A DNA stretch of 64,000 nucleotides from an uncultured Gammaproteobacteria bacterium (GTDB taxonomy: Bacteria > Pseudomonadota > Gammaproteobacteria > Steroidobacterales > Woeseiaceae), in contig CAVZRD010000011.1 in NCBI GenBank assembly GCA_963777675.1, forward strand, positions 5,741 to 69,740, in the 5' to 3' direction. The translations under genes and the position numbers were made by a program. Positions 11,189 to 24,389 of this stretch are shown here, in pieces (the first letter of the stretch is position 1; the number at the start of each line of letters is the position of its first letter). The notes beneath the pieces were generated by a model that did no database searches, was not told the DNA's origin, and was given only the letters and a program-made list of their open reading frames with translations.

Positions 11189-11897
11189 CCGACCGATCCC
11201 ACACCGGGGTGGTGTGCTCGCGTATCTTGTCGAGGATCGCCTCGTGTGCGGCACGCTCGGCTGCGGTGGCCTTTATGACGACCAGTTTGAGGTCGCCGCG
11301 GGCACGCCGCTCGCGCAGCGCGTCACCGGCGTCGGCGCCGTCGTCGGTACCGAGATCGGGGTCGAGCGACAGCGCGGTCTGTCCGCCGGTCATGGCGAGA
11401 TACACGCGCGCGAGCAGTTCGGCGTCGATGAGCGCGCCGTGCACGTCGCGACGCGAGGCGTCGACCTCGTAGCGCTTGCAGAGTGCGTCGAGGCTGTTGC
11501 GCTGGCCGGGGTGCAGCTTGCGCGCCAGCGTCAGCGTGTCGAGCACGGTCGCGTAGCGCGAGATCTTCGGCTCGGGATGTTCAATGAGCCTGAGCTCGTG
11601 TTCGAGGAAGCCGATGTCGAAGTCGGCGTTGTGGATCACGAGCTCGGCGTCCTTGACGAACTCGAGCAGCTCGTCGACGATCTCGGCGAAGCGCGGCGCG
11701 GTTTCGAGGTCCTCGCGGCGGATGCCGTGCACGGCCTCGGCGCCCTGGTCGATGTCGCGTTCCGGATTGAGGAAGCGGTGGAACTCGCGGCCGGTCAGGC
11801 GCCGGTTGACGAGTTCGATGGCACCGATCTCGATGATGCGATGGCCGCTGCCCGGCGAGAGGCCGGTGGTCTCGGTGTCGAGGACGATCTGGCGCAT
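11178..11897 (-). CDS. dnaQ: DNA polymerase III subunit epsilon (3'-5' proofreading exonuclease)
   Basis: Intact 239 aa. ExoI VLDTETTGL, ExoII VIHNADFDIGFL, ExoIII HGALIDAELLARVYLAM. Confidence 0.95.
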   Translation of the reverse strand: MRQIVLDTETTGLSPGSGHRIIEIGAIELVNRRLTGREFHRFLNPERDIDQGAEAVHGIRREDLETAPRFAEIVDELLEFVKDAELVIHNADFDIGFLEHELRLIEHPEPKISRYATVLDTLTLARKLHPGQRNSLDALCKRYEVDASRRDVHGALIDAELLARVYLAMTGGQTALSLDPDLGTDDGADAGDALRERRARGDLKLVVIKATAAERAAHEAILDKIREHTTPVWDRSDRG

Positions 11898-11918
11898 CAG
11901 GTTATTGGAACATATTTG

Positions 11919-11991
11919 TCGCCCGCTGGGGCGGGCTCCTACAGGGCGATGGGTAAAGGCGTGTCTTGTAGGAGCCCGCCCCAGCGGGCGA
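11919..11991. repeat. REP family B inverted doublet (TGTAGGAGCCCGCCCCAGCGGGCGA)
   Basis: Perfect 25-nt inverted repeat, 11919..11943 and 11967..11991. Each arm has its own GCCCGC/GCGGGC hairpin. Located in the dnaQ-rnhA gap. Confidence 0.85.
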
Positions 11992-11996
11992 TAACC

Positions 11997-12431
11997 TCAC
12001 AGCTCGTCGATGCCGCGATTGGCGAGCGCATCCGCTTCCTCGTTGCCGGGATCGCCGTCGTGGCCTTTCACCCAGCGCCATTCGATCCGGTGGCGGCTCT
12101 GCGCTTCGTCCAGCGCCTGCCACAGGTCCCGGTTCTTGACCGGCTTCTTCGCGGCCGTCTTCCAGTCGCGCGCCTTCCAGTTCGCCAGCCACTCGGTGAT
12201 GCCGTGCATGACGTACTTCGAATCGGTGTGCAGCACGACCTGCTGCGGGCCCTTGAGCGCGTTCAGCGCCTCGATGACGGCCGTCAGTTCCATGCGATTG
12301 TTGGTGGTCTCGGGCTCGCCGCCGCATAGGCGCTTGCGATGCCGGCCCGCGATCAGGAGCGCGCCCCAGCCGCCCGGCCCCGGGTTGCCGCGGCAGGCGC
12401 CGTCGGTGTAGATCTCAACTCTTCGGGTCAA
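11997..12431 (-). CDS. rnhA: Ribonuclease HI
   Basis: Intact 144 aa. [51 protein letters not shown]. Confidence 0.95.
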   Translation of the reverse strand: MTRRVEIYTDGACRGNPGPGGWGALLIAGRHRKRLCGGEPETTNNRMELTAVIEALNALKGPQQVVLHTDSKYVMHGITEWLANWKARDWKTAAKKPVKNRDLWQALDEAQSRHRIEWRWVKGHDGDPGNEEADALANRGIDEL

Positions 12432-13203
12432 AACGGATGCGGGAGACGCGGTTGGTGGTGGTGCCGGCCAGGCCGCCGACGACCTTGGTCTTGTGCCGCC
12501 ATTGCGGACGCACCGGCGTCAGCGGGACGACCCGTTTCTGCGCCGTGAGCATGTAGCAGGCCGCGAATTCCGGCCACCAGCGCTGGCCCCGCGCCTCCCA
12601 GCGCGGCGAGAGCTTGCGGCGCTTGCCCGGCAGCGGCCAGCGGAAGAAATAGCGGGTGATGCCGTGGATCTGCATGTCCAGCAGCTGCAGCCAGTCGCGC
12701 AGGCGCCGTTCCGGAACGAGGAAATCCGCGCCCGGCGGCAGCCCGGCACCGGGGACCAGCCGGCGGATGCCCCACAGGCCGCCGGTCTTGAAGCCGAGGA
12801 TTACGAGGTGGCCGTGCGCGGTCAGCACGCGGTCGACCTCGCGCAGGATCGCGTGTGGCCGGTCGCTGTAGTCGAGGACGTGCGGCAGCAGCACGCAGTC
12901 CACCGAGTTGTTCGCGAGCGGCAGGCGATGCAGCAGCCCGACGGCCGAGATGCCCTCGCCCGGCGTCTGCTCGATCAGCGCCTTGCGCTGCGTGCGGGCG
13001 TGCCGCAGGAAGGTCTGCGCGCCGCCCCACAGGCCGAGCTGCACGCACTCCTCGCCGAAGATGCCGTCGAGCGCCTCCTCGACGTTGCGACTCTCGGCGG
13101 CGAGCAGCGCTTCGCCGAGCGGCGAGGCCAGCCACTGCCGCGCCACGGCGGGGAAATGTGCGCTCGTTTCCATGGCTTCGTCTCGCGTCACGTCCTGCGT
13201 CAC
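12415..13203 (-). CDS. SAM-dependent methyltransferase (type 11, YafS-like, conserved neighbour of rnhA)
   Basis: Intact 262 aa. Synteny with the rnhA-dnaQ block. [40 protein letters not shown]. The 3' end overlaps the rnhA start by 17 nt. Confidence 0.7.
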   Translation of the reverse strand: MTQDVTRDEAMETSAHFPAVARQWLASPLGEALLAAESRNVEEALDGIFGEECVQLGLWGGAQTFLRHARTQRKALIEQTPGEGISAVGLLHRLPLANNSVDCVLLPHVLDYSDRPHAILREVDRVLTAHGHLVILGFKTGGLWGIRRLVPGAGLPPGADFLVPERRLRDWLQLLDMQIHGITRYFFRWPLPGKRRKLSPRWEARGQRWWPEFAACYMLTAQKRVVPLTPVRPQWRHKTKVVGGLAGTTTNRVSRIRFDPKS

Positions 13204-13254
13204 AATTTCGGGCCGGGCACTTGCGCCGCGGCGCGCGCCCGGTAGGATAGCCCG

Positions 13255-14874
13255 ATGCCTTCCTTCCAGTCGCGATTATCGCAAAGATTCCGGGTGCTTG
13301 GCGCCACGATCGTCACGATTCTGCTGGCCGGCAGCGCCGCCGCGGAGCCCCAGGAGCGAGCGTTCGTCGCCTCGGCCGGACAGAAGGAAGCCCCCAGCCT
13401 GACCCTGATCTCGCCGCTGGACGGCCTCTGGGATCGCCTGGAGACCGTCGAGCCGGCTACGGACGACCTGCTGGTGCGGCTGCGCTACGGCTTCGGGCTG
13501 CCGGCAGAGACCGACAACCCCCGGGTCCGCACCGAGCGCGACTGGTTCGTCGCCCACCCCGACTACCTCGACCGCGTGTTCACCCGCGCCCGGCTGTACC
13601 TGCCCTACATCACCTCCCAGCTCGAGGAGCGCGGGATGCCGCTCGAGCTCGCGCTGCTGCCGGTGGTCGAAAGCGCCTACGACCCGTTCGCCTACTCCCA
13701 CGGCCGCGCCGCCGGCCTGTGGCAGATGATCCCCGGCACGGGCCGCCGCTACGGCCTCAAGCAGAACTGGTGGTACGACGGCCGCCGCGACGTGGTCGAC
13801 TCCACGCGCGCCGCGCTGGACTACTTCCAGCACCTCTACGAGTTCAACGAGGGCGACTGGCTGAACGCGATCGCCTCGTACAACTCCGGCGAGGGCAACG
13901 TGCGCCGTGCCATGATGCGCAACCGCAACGCCGGCAAGCCCGACGACTTCTGGCACCTGCACCTGTCGCGCGAGACCACCACCTACGTGCCGCGCCTGCT
14001 GGCACTCGCGGACATCGTCCGTGACCCGGAACGCTACGGCGTCACCCTGCCCCATATCGCCGACGAGGAACAGTTCGCCGTCGCCGACGTCGGCTCGCAG
14101 ATCGACCTCGCGGTCGCCGCCGAGCTTGCCGGCGTCGACGTCGACACGATCTATACCTACAACCCCGGTTACAACCGCTGGTCCACCGACCCGAACGGTC
14201 CGTACCGGCTCGCGCTGCCGGTCGACGCCTACGACGCGTTCACCGAAGCGATCGCCGACGTGCCCGCGAGCGAGCGCGTGCGCTGGAAACGCCACAAGGT
14301 CGGCAACGGCGAGACGATCTCGGAGATCGCACTCAAGTACCACACGACGGTCCCCGAGATCCGCGCCGCCAACAACCTGCGCGGCAACACGATCCGTGCC
14401 GGTCACTACCTGATGATCCCGGTCGCGACCAAGCCGCTGTCCGCCTACGTGAAGAGCGCCGACGCGCGGCTTACGAAGACGCAGAATACGGCGCACGCGG
14501 CGAACCGTGTCGAACACACGGTCGCGAACGGCGAGAGTTTCTGGACCATCAGCCAGCGTTACCACGTCACGACGCGCCAGCTGGCCGCCTGGAACGGCAT
14601 GGCGCCCGGCGACACGCTGCCGGTCGGCCGCACGCTCGTCGTCTGGACCAACGCCGCCGTGACACCGCGCACCTCGCCGACGGCGGCGCTCGGCAACACG
14701 ACGCGCAAGCTGCACTACACCGTGCGCAGCGGCGACTCGCTGTACCTGATCGCGAACAAGTTCCGCGTCACGATCTCCCAGATCGCGCGCTGGAACAACA
14801 TCGACACGAAAAAAATCCTGAGGCCGGGGCAGACGTTGACGATGTACGTCGACGTGACCCGCCAATCGAGTTGA
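13255..14874 (+). CDS. mltD: Membrane-bound lytic murein transglycosylase D (SLT domain plus 3 LysM repeats)
   Basis: Intact 539 aa. Lipoprotein-like leader, SLT core LPVVESAYDPFAYSHGRAAGLWQMIPGTG, three LysM repeats (HKVGNGETISEIALKY.., HTVANGESFWTISQRY.., YTVRSGDSLYLIANKF..). Confidence 0.9.
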   Translation: MPSFQSRLSQRFRVLGATIVTILLAGSAAAEPQERAFVASAGQKEAPSLTLISPLDGLWDRLETVEPATDDLLVRLRYGFGLPAETDNPRVRTERDWFVAHPDYLDRVFTRARLYLPYITSQLEERGMPLELALLPVVESAYDPFAYSHGRAAGLWQMIPGTGRRYGLKQNWWYDGRRDVVDSTRAALDYFQHLYEFNEGDWLNAIASYNSGEGNVRRAMMRNRNAGKPDDFWHLHLSRETTTYVPRLLALADIVRDPERYGVTLPHIADEEQFAVADVGSQIDLAVAAELAGVDVDTIYTYNPGYNRWSTDPNGPYRLALPVDAYDAFTEAIADVPASERVRWKRHKVGNGETISEIALKYHTTVPEIRAANNLRGNTIRAGHYLMIPVATKPLSAYVKSADARLTKTQNTAHAANRVEHTVANGESFWTISQRYHVTTRQLAAWNGMAPGDTLPVGRTLVVWTNAAVTPRTSPTAALGNTTRKLHYTVRSGDSLYLIANKFRVTISQIARWNNIDTKKILRPGQTLTMYVDVTRQSS

Positions 14875-14883
14875 TTAAAGTCG

Positions 14884-15070
14884 ATCGCGGCTGAAGCCGC
14901 TCCTACGGATGCTATAACACCGCAGCGTTCGATGAGAATCCGTAGGAGCGGCTTCAGCCGCGATCCATCCACAGACGAATCTCAATTAGAATTCGTAGGA
15001 GCGGCTTCAGCCGCGATCCAATCACGGACCGATCTGATTTAGAATCCGCAGGAGCGACTTCAGCCGCGAC
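14884..15070. repeat. REP family A cluster, 4 copies (81-bp REPIN 14884..14964, then 14994..15017 and 15046..15070)
   Basis: Copies read directly. The last is divergent (CCGCAGGAGCGACTTCAGCCGCGAC). Confidence 0.9.
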
Positions 15071-15088
15071 AACCAAGGGGAAGAATCT

Positions 15089-15889
15089 ATGGGCTTCATG
15101 GCCGGCAAGCGGGCGCTGATCGTCGGCGTCGCGAGCGACCGATCGATCGCCACGGGCATCGCCGAGGCGTTCGCGCGCGAGGGCGCCGAACTCGCCTTCA
15201 CCTACCAGAACGACAAGCTCAAGAGCCGCGTCACCCGGCTGGCGGAGCGGCTCGATGCGGACCCGAAGCTGTGCTTCCCCTGCGACGTCTCCGTCGACGC
15301 GGAGATCGAGGCGGTATTCGAGCAGCTCGGCAAGCGCTGGGACGGCCTCGACGTGCTCGTGCACTCGGTCGGCTACGCGCCCCGCGACCAGCTCGAGGGC
15401 GGTTTCACCGAGGCGGTGACGCGTGAGGGCTTCCGGATCTCGCACGACATTTCGGCGTACAGCCTCGCGGCGCTGACCAAGGCGGCGCTGCCGATGCTGC
15501 GCGGCCGTAACGCGGCCGTGCTGACGCTGACCTACAACGCGGCGGTGCGGGTCGTGCCGAACTACAACGTCATGGGCCTGGCCAAGGCGAGCCTGGAGTC
15601 CTGCATGCGTTTCCTCGCCGCGGACCTCGGCCCGCTCGGCATCCGCGTCAACGCCATCTCGGCGGGCCCGGTAAAGACGCTCGCGGCCGCCGGCATCGGC
15701 GGCTTTCGCAAGATGCTCGCCTACGCCGAGAAATCGGCGCCGCTCAGGCGCACGGTGACGATCGACGAGATCGGCAACGTGGCGGCGTTCCTGTGTTCCG
15801 ATCTCGCCAGCGGGATCACCGGCGAGACGACGTTCGTCGACGCCGGATCGAACATCATGGCGATGGTCCTGGACGAGGATCCGGAATAG
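15089..15889 (+). CDS. fabI: Enoyl-[acyl-carrier-protein] reductase (NADH), FabI
   Basis: Intact 266 aa. [16 protein letters not shown].., [19 protein letters not shown] (Y-x6-K). Confidence 0.95.
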   Translation: MGFMAGKRALIVGVASDRSIATGIAEAFAREGAELAFTYQNDKLKSRVTRLAERLDADPKLCFPCDVSVDAEIEAVFEQLGKRWDGLDVLVHSVGYAPRDQLEGGFTEAVTREGFRISHDISAYSLAALTKAALPMLRGRNAAVLTLTYNAAVRVVPNYNVMGLAKASLESCMRFLAADLGPLGIRVNAISAGPVKTLAAAGIGGFRKMLAYAEKSAPLRRTVTIDEIGNVAAFLCSDLASGITGETTFVDAGSNIMAMVLDEDPE

Positions 15890-15897
15890 CACGATTT

Positions 15898-15978
15898 ATC
15901 GCGGCTGAAGCCGCTCCTACGGCTGCTATTACACCGCAGTGGTCGATTAGCAGCCGTAGGAGCGGCTTCAGCCGCGAT
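15898..15978. repeat. REP family A 81-bp REPIN
   Basis: Reverse copy 15898..15922 and forward copy 15954..15978. The latter carries the TGA stop (15968..15970, minus strand) of the symporter gene. Confidence 0.9.
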
Positions 15979-17272
15979 TCGTCGTCAAAGCGACGTTGGT
16001 CTCTTCCCCGTCCAGGCGTGCGACGATGGTCGCGCAGGCGGCATCGCCCCAGATGTTGACGCTGGTGCGCGCCATGTCCAGCACGCGATCGAACACCAGC
16101 AGCACGCCGAGCGCCTCCAGCGGCAAGCCCACCGCGTTGAGGATGATCGCGATGGCGACCAGCGAGGCCGACGGCACGCCCGCCACGCCGACCGAGGTCA
16201 GCAGCGCGATGGACACGATCGCGAACTGGGTGGCGAAACTCAGGTCCACGCCGTAGGCCTGGGCGATGAAGATCGCCGCCGCGCACTCGTACAGCGCCGT
16301 GCCGTTCATGTTCACGGTGGCGCCCAGCGGCAGCACGAAACTCGACACCTTGTTCGAGACGCCGACGTTTTCCTCCACGCACTCCATCGTCACCGGCAGC
16401 GTCGCCGACGATGACGCGGTCGAGAACGCGGTCAGCATCGCCTGCGCGAGTCCGCGCATCGTCCGGTACGGCCGCACGCGGCCGACGAAACGCAGCAAGA
16501 TCGGCAGCGTTACGAACGCGTGGATCGCGAGCGCGGACAGCACCACCAGCGCGAACACGGCCAGCGGACCGGTCGCCCTGTAGCCCGCCTTCGCGATCAC
16601 GCCGGCGACGAGTCCGAACACACCGATCGGCGCGAACTTCATGATCCACTCGGTCATGCGCATCATGACGTGGAACACGGCGTCCCAGAACGCGTACAGG
16701 GGCCCGGCGTACTGATCGTCAAGGCGGGTCATGAAATAGCCGAACAGGATGGCGAAGAAGATCACGCCGAGCATCTGCCCCTCCACCGCGGCCGCGAAGA
16801 TGTTCGGCGGCACCATGCGCTGGAAGATGTTGGCGACGTCGGAGAGCCCGGTGCCCTCCACCGCCTTCTCGAAGCCGGTCGTCGAGGCGTGCAGCGCCAG
16901 CAGGTCTTTCGCCGGTTCGCCGTCGACGTAGCCGGGGCCGACCAGGTTGACGAGCACGAGCCCGAGCACGATAGCGCTCAGCGTCGTCGCCGCATAGAAC
17001 AGCAGCGTGCGGCCGCCGAGCGCCCCGAGATTACCTCCCGAACCGATCCCGGCGACGCCGACGATGATCGAGGAAAGGATCAGCGGCACGATGATCATCT
17101 TCAGGGCATTGAGGAAGATCGTGCCGATGTAGGCGAAGATCGCGATGTAAGTGACGCCGAAGATCGTCGGTTCGGCGCCGCTGGCCGCATTGGCTTCGAA
17201 CACGAAGCCGCCGGCGATCGCGGCGAGGATAATGGCGATGAGGATTTGCCAGTGGAGCTCGAGCTTGCGCAT
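15968..17272 (-). CDS. Dicarboxylate/amino acid:cation symporter (DAACS / GltP family)
   Basis: Intact 434 aa, multi-TM. SSSATLPVTMECV and NMNGTALYECAAAIFIAQ motifs typical of the family. Confidence 0.85.
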   Translation of the reverse strand: MRKLELHWQILIAIILAAIAGGFVFEANAASGAEPTIFGVTYIAIFAYIGTIFLNALKMIIVPLILSSIIVGVAGIGSGGNLGALGGRTLLFYAATTLSAIVLGLVLVNLVGPGYVDGEPAKDLLALHASTTGFEKAVEGTGLSDVANIFQRMVPPNIFAAAVEGQMLGVIFFAILFGYFMTRLDDQYAGPLYAFWDAVFHVMMRMTEWIMKFAPIGVFGLVAGVIAKAGYRATGPLAVFALVVLSALAIHAFVTLPILLRFVGRVRPYRTMRGLAQAMLTAFSTASSSATLPVTMECVEENVGVSNKVSSFVLPLGATVNMNGTALYECAAAIFIAQAYGVDLSFATQFAIVSIALLTSVGVAGVPSASLVAIAIILNAVGLPLEALGVLLVFDRVLDMARTSVNIWGDAACATIVARLDGEETNVALTTNRG

Positions 17273-17291
17273 GGGTTTTCCTCTTCAGCAG

Positions 17292-17427
17292 GTCGCGGCT
17301 GAAGCCGCTCCTACGGATGCTGTTTTGCCGCTGCGGCGTGTCACTATCGCGGCTGAAGCCGCTCCTACGGATGCTGTTCCACCGCCGTGGCCGGACCAGA
17401 ATCCGTAGGAGCGGCTTCAGCCGCGAT
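17292..17427. repeat. REP family A cluster, 3 copies (17292..17316, then 82-bp REPIN 17346..17427)
   Basis: Copies read directly. Confidence 0.9.
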
Positions 17428-17469
17428 CATTCTCCCCCAACTCGAACGGCACCCCGGCAATGGCGTTCC

Positions 17470-19365
17470 CTACTGCAATACCTGCTCGGTCAGCGCGTCC
17501 TTGGAAATCACGACGTCGGCCTTTTCGTACATGGCCTGTACGAAGGCCTGGTAATCCGCCTCGCCCTCCTGCTGCACCAGCTGCCGTTTGCCGGCGTCGC
17601 GGTCGGCGAGCGGGATAGACTCGGGCCGGCCGGGCACGACCCCATCGAGGCTGTATATCGCGTAACCGCCCCCGGGCATCGCTACCTTGTCGCGCACCGG
17701 CGTGTCACCCGCCGGTTTGCGCGCTTCGAAGACCGCCGTCAGCACGGTCGGCTCGAGATCCTTGTCCTGGCGCCCGACGAGTTTGGGTGCCTCGACGACA
17801 GCGCCGGCCGCCTCGCCGGCCGCGGCAAAACTCTTCCCCGCGGCAAGCGACGCCAGCATCTTGTCCGAGCGCTCGGATATGATGGCCGTCGCCTTCTCCT
17901 TGCGGACCGCCTCGACGATCTGGTCGCGCACGGCTTCCAGCGGCTCGCGCGCCGCTTCATGATGCGCGGTGACCTTGAAGATGGCCGATCGGTTGTTGTC
18001 CATCTCGACGAGGTCCGAAACCTGGCCGTCGTTCAGTACCCGCGAGTCGAAAATTGCGTCGATCGCCGCCTGGTTGTTGCCGATCGGACCGCCACCGGAA
18101 CGCGTGATGCCGGTCGCCGTCTGGATGGGCAGACCGGTGGCATCCGAGATCGATTGCATGTCGGGTTTCTCGAACAGGGCGTCCGACATGCGCCGCTCGA
18201 GCTCCCGATAGGCATCCTCGGACTTGCTCTCCCGGAGCTCGTTGAGTAACTCGCTACGCACCTGGTCGAACGGCAAAGGCCCGCGCTCGAGGATCTTGTC
18301 GAGCTTTACGACGTGATAGCCGAAATCGCTCTCGACCGGGCCGCGGATCTCGCCTTCGGTCATCGAGAAGATCGCGTCGCCGAGCGCGTCCGGCAACTGG
18401 GAGCGCGTCAGTGCGCCGAGATCGCCGCCGTTTGGCGCCGTGCCGCCGTCCTTCGAATAGGTCCGCGCCAGGTCGGCGAACGGCTCGCCGGCCTTCGCCC
18501 TGGCCAGCAACTCCTCCGCCTTGGCGCGGGCGGCGTCCTTGTCGTCGCCGAACGGGATCAGGATGTGGCGGGCTTCGCGTTCCTCGTCCCGCAGAAACCG
18601 GCTCTTCTCCGACTCGTAATAGGCCTTGAGCTCGTCGTCGCTGATGTCGATGGACTTGGCGACCTCGTCGCGGTTCACCTCGATCATCTCGATATCGGCG
18701 CTCTCCGGCGTCATATACAAGGTCTCGTTGTCGTTGTAGTACGCCTCGATCTCGTCGTCGCCGACCTCGACGGTTTTCGCAACCGCGTCGAGATCGAATG
18801 TCGCGATTTGCACCTGCCGCTGTTCGGCCACCAGGTTCAGGTAGCGCCGGAATTGCGCCGGCGTGACGATGGCCGTCGCGGCGACCGCACGCCGTAACTG
18901 GTCCACCCGCATGGCATGGCGCTGGCGGGCCTCGAACTCCTTCGGCGTGAGGGCGTTCTGCGACAGCACGCTGCGATACGTCTCCATGTCGAACTTGCCG
19001 TCGACCTGGAAGTTGGGCACTTGCTCGATCGTGTCCATGAGCTCCTTGTCGGAGATGTGGTAGCCCTTGTCGGCCAGGTGCAGCTCGACGAGGCGGTCAC
19101 GCACCATCGAATCGAGGAGCTGGCGGCGCAGTTCGACGCGGTACTGGTCGGGGAGCTTCGCCAGCTGGGGATTGCGCTGCAACTGGTCCCGGTAGGCCTG
19201 CTCGAAACCGTTCATGCTGATCTCGCTGCCGTCGACCTTGGCCGCGTACGGATTGCTGATGAAGGGCAGGTTCTGGACGCCGAAGAACATGAACGGGATC
19301 AGGATCAGCCCCATGATGACGGCGGCGACGCCCCCGGTCAGCCTTTCGCGAATCGTTTGCAGCAT
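17470..19365 (-). CDS. ppiD: Periplasmic chaperone / peptidyl-prolyl isomerase PpiD
   Basis: Intact 631 aa. N-terminal TM anchor, parvulin-like domain (ARHILIPF..GGDLGALTRSQLPDALGDAIFSM..GYHVVKLD). Conserved position after hupB. Confidence 0.9.
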   Translation of the reverse strand: MLQTIRERLTGGVAAVIMGLILIPFMFFGVQNLPFISNPYAAKVDGSEISMNGFEQAYRDQLQRNPQLAKLPDQYRVELRRQLLDSMVRDRLVELHLADKGYHISDKELMDTIEQVPNFQVDGKFDMETYRSVLSQNALTPKEFEARQRHAMRVDQLRRAVAATAIVTPAQFRRYLNLVAEQRQVQIATFDLDAVAKTVEVGDDEIEAYYNDNETLYMTPESADIEMIEVNRDEVAKSIDISDDELKAYYESEKSRFLRDEEREARHILIPFGDDKDAARAKAEELLARAKAGEPFADLARTYSKDGGTAPNGGDLGALTRSQLPDALGDAIFSMTEGEIRGPVESDFGYHVVKLDKILERGPLPFDQVRSELLNELRESKSEDAYRELERRMSDALFEKPDMQSISDATGLPIQTATGITRSGGGPIGNNQAAIDAIFDSRVLNDGQVSDLVEMDNNRSAIFKVTAHHEAAREPLEAVRDQIVEAVRKEKATAIISERSDKMLASLAAGKSFAAAGEAAGAVVEAPKLVGRQDKDLEPTVLTAVFEARKPAGDTPVRDKVAMPGGGYAIYSLDGVVPGRPESIPLADRDAGKRQLVQQEGEADYQAFVQAMYEKADVVISKDALTEQVLQ

Positions 19366-19431
19366 GATGTTTTTCGGGAAATTTCGAGGCGAGGGATTCT
19401 ACGTCAGGCAAGGGGTAATGTGTAGGCGAGG

Positions 19432-19513
19432 ATCGCGGCTGAAGCCGCTCCTACGGATGCTGATCCGAGGTCGGCGCCGGATTGGAATCCGTAGGAGCGG
19501 CTTCAGCCGCGAT
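19432..19513. repeat. REP family A 82-bp REPIN
   Basis: ATCGCGGCTGAAGCCGCTCCTACGG...CCGTAGGAGCGGCTTCAGCCGCGAT. Confidence 0.9.
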
Positions 19514-19521
19514 AAGCCGGA

Positions 19522-19561
19522 CAAAAAAATACGGGGCCCTGCACGGGCCCCGCATTTTTTG
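19522..19561 (-). terminator. Intrinsic (potentially bidirectional) terminator after the tRNA-Val/tRNA-Asp genes
   Basis: Stem GGGGCCC/GGGCCCC (7 bp, 5-nt loop) with an A-run on one side and a T-run on the other. It lies immediately 3' of tRNA-Asp on the minus strand. Confidence 0.75.
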
Positions 19562-19563
19562 TC

Positions 19564-19640
19564 TGGCGGAGTGGACGGGACTCGAACCCGCGACCCCCGG
19601 CGTGACAGGCCGGTATTCTAACCAGCTGAACTACCACTCC
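19564..19640 (-). tRNA. tRNA-Asp (GUC)
   Basis: Minus strand GGAGTGGTAGTTCAGCTGGTTAGAATACCGGCCTGTCACGCCGGGGGTCGCGGGTTCGAGTCCCGTCCACTCCGCCA. Near-identical architecture to E. coli tRNA-Asp. Confidence 0.95.
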
Positions 19641-19646
19641 GAACCT

Positions 19647-19722
19647 TGGTGGGTGCTGACGGGATCGAACCGCCGACCCTCGCCTTGTAAGGGCGACGCT
19701 CTACCAGCTGAGCTAAGCACCC
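19647..19722 (-). tRNA. tRNA-Val (UAC)
   Basis: Minus strand GGGTGCTTAGCTCAGCTGGTAGAGCGTCGCCCTTACAAGGCGAGGGTCGGCGGTTCGATCCCGTCAGCACCCACCA. Confidence 0.95.
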
Positions 19723-19753
19723 GAAACCTCTGCGGCGATGCCCGGCAAATGCG

Positions 19754-19904
19754 ATCGCGGCTGAAGCCGCTCCTACGGATGCTGATCTGGCACCGTGGCT
19801 GGATCGGTATCTGTAGGAGCGGCTTCAGCCGCGACCCAACGTATCAATCCGCGACAGCATCTGCAGGAGCGGCTTTACCCCCGCCATGGGGGTGAAGCCG
19901 CGAC
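19754..19904. repeat. REP family A cluster: 82-bp REPIN (19754..19835) plus a copy with an expanded loop (19861..19904)
   Basis: Third copy is CTGCAGGAGCGGCTT-TACCCCCGCCATGGGGGTG-AAGCCGCGAC, with a nested palindrome inside the REP loop. Confidence 0.85.
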
Positions 19905-19941
19905 CGGCGCTGTCAATCAGCTGCCCCGCCCGAAGGGCGCG

Positions 19942-20214
19942 CTAGTTTACGGCATCCTTCAGGGCTTTGCCAGCCTTGAAACCCGGCACATTGCTCGCCG
20001 CGATGTGTATCGCTGCACCGGTCCTGGGGTTGCGGCCCATCCGCGCCGCACGCGCCTTCACCGAGAATGTTCCGAAGCCCACGAGCGAGACCGAACCGCC
20101 GCCCGCGAGGGTTTTCGTAATCGCATCAAGCACGCCATCGACCGCTTTCGTTGCGTCCGAACGCGACAGCCCTGCCGCTCCGGCCACTGCGTCTACCAGT
20201 TCTCCCTTGTTCAT
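19942..20214 (-). CDS. hupB: DNA-binding protein HU-beta
   Basis: 90 aa from MNKGELVDAVAGAAGLSRSDATKAVDG..GFGTFSVKARAARMGRNPRTG. Conserved lon-hupB-ppiD order. Confidence 0.95.
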   Translation of the reverse strand: MNKGELVDAVAGAAGLSRSDATKAVDGVLDAITKTLAGGGSVSLVGFGTFSVKARAARMGRNPRTGAAIHIAASNVPGFKAGKALKDAVN

Positions 20215-20441
20215 GCTTTCACCCTTGCAGATTGATTGAGGATCCAAATGCGGTTGCCCGCATACCCGAAACGCCCGATCGAACAGTGCCGGGCGACTGC
20301 ATCAATCCAGCGAACTCTACATCGAGTCGCAATCCGCTGAATCGCCGGGCGGGTCTCCGTGCACCCCCGCACGGCTGCGATGCTTATACCAAGCGGCAAA
20401 AACACCGTCAACAAAGCGGCTGCGACGCGGCTCCCGACGGT

Positions 20442-22880
<2,439 letters not shown>

Positions 22881-22965
22881 GGCTTCACCTCATAAGCGTC
22901 GCGGCCACGGATGTGCGTCCGAAACCTTCGAAATCAAGTATTGCTTTTGCCCAGGCGAACCGTCT

Positions 22966-23041
22966 GGATTGCTTCGCTTCGCTCGCAATGACACCTGCCA
23001 GAGATGTCGTCATTGCGAGGAGCACCGCGACGAAGCAATCC
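22966..23041. repeat. 76-bp palindromic element of a third type (translates as DCFASLAMT / VIARSTATKQS)
   Basis: Arms GGATTGCTTCG..CTCGCAATGAC (22966..22992) and GTCATTGCGAG..CGAAGCAATCC (23009..23041). Located in the clpX-lon gap. Confidence 0.8.
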
Positions 23042-23066
23042 ACTCCGGGTCGCGATGATATTTCCG

Positions 23067-24389
<1,323 letters not shown>

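Noticed and set aside
22907-22938. Possible sigma-32 heat-shock promoter upstream of lon (minus strand CTTGATTT-N15/16-GCACATCC).
   Set aside because: The -10 match to CCCCATNT is weak and the spacing is at the long end. It cannot be supported from sequence alone.
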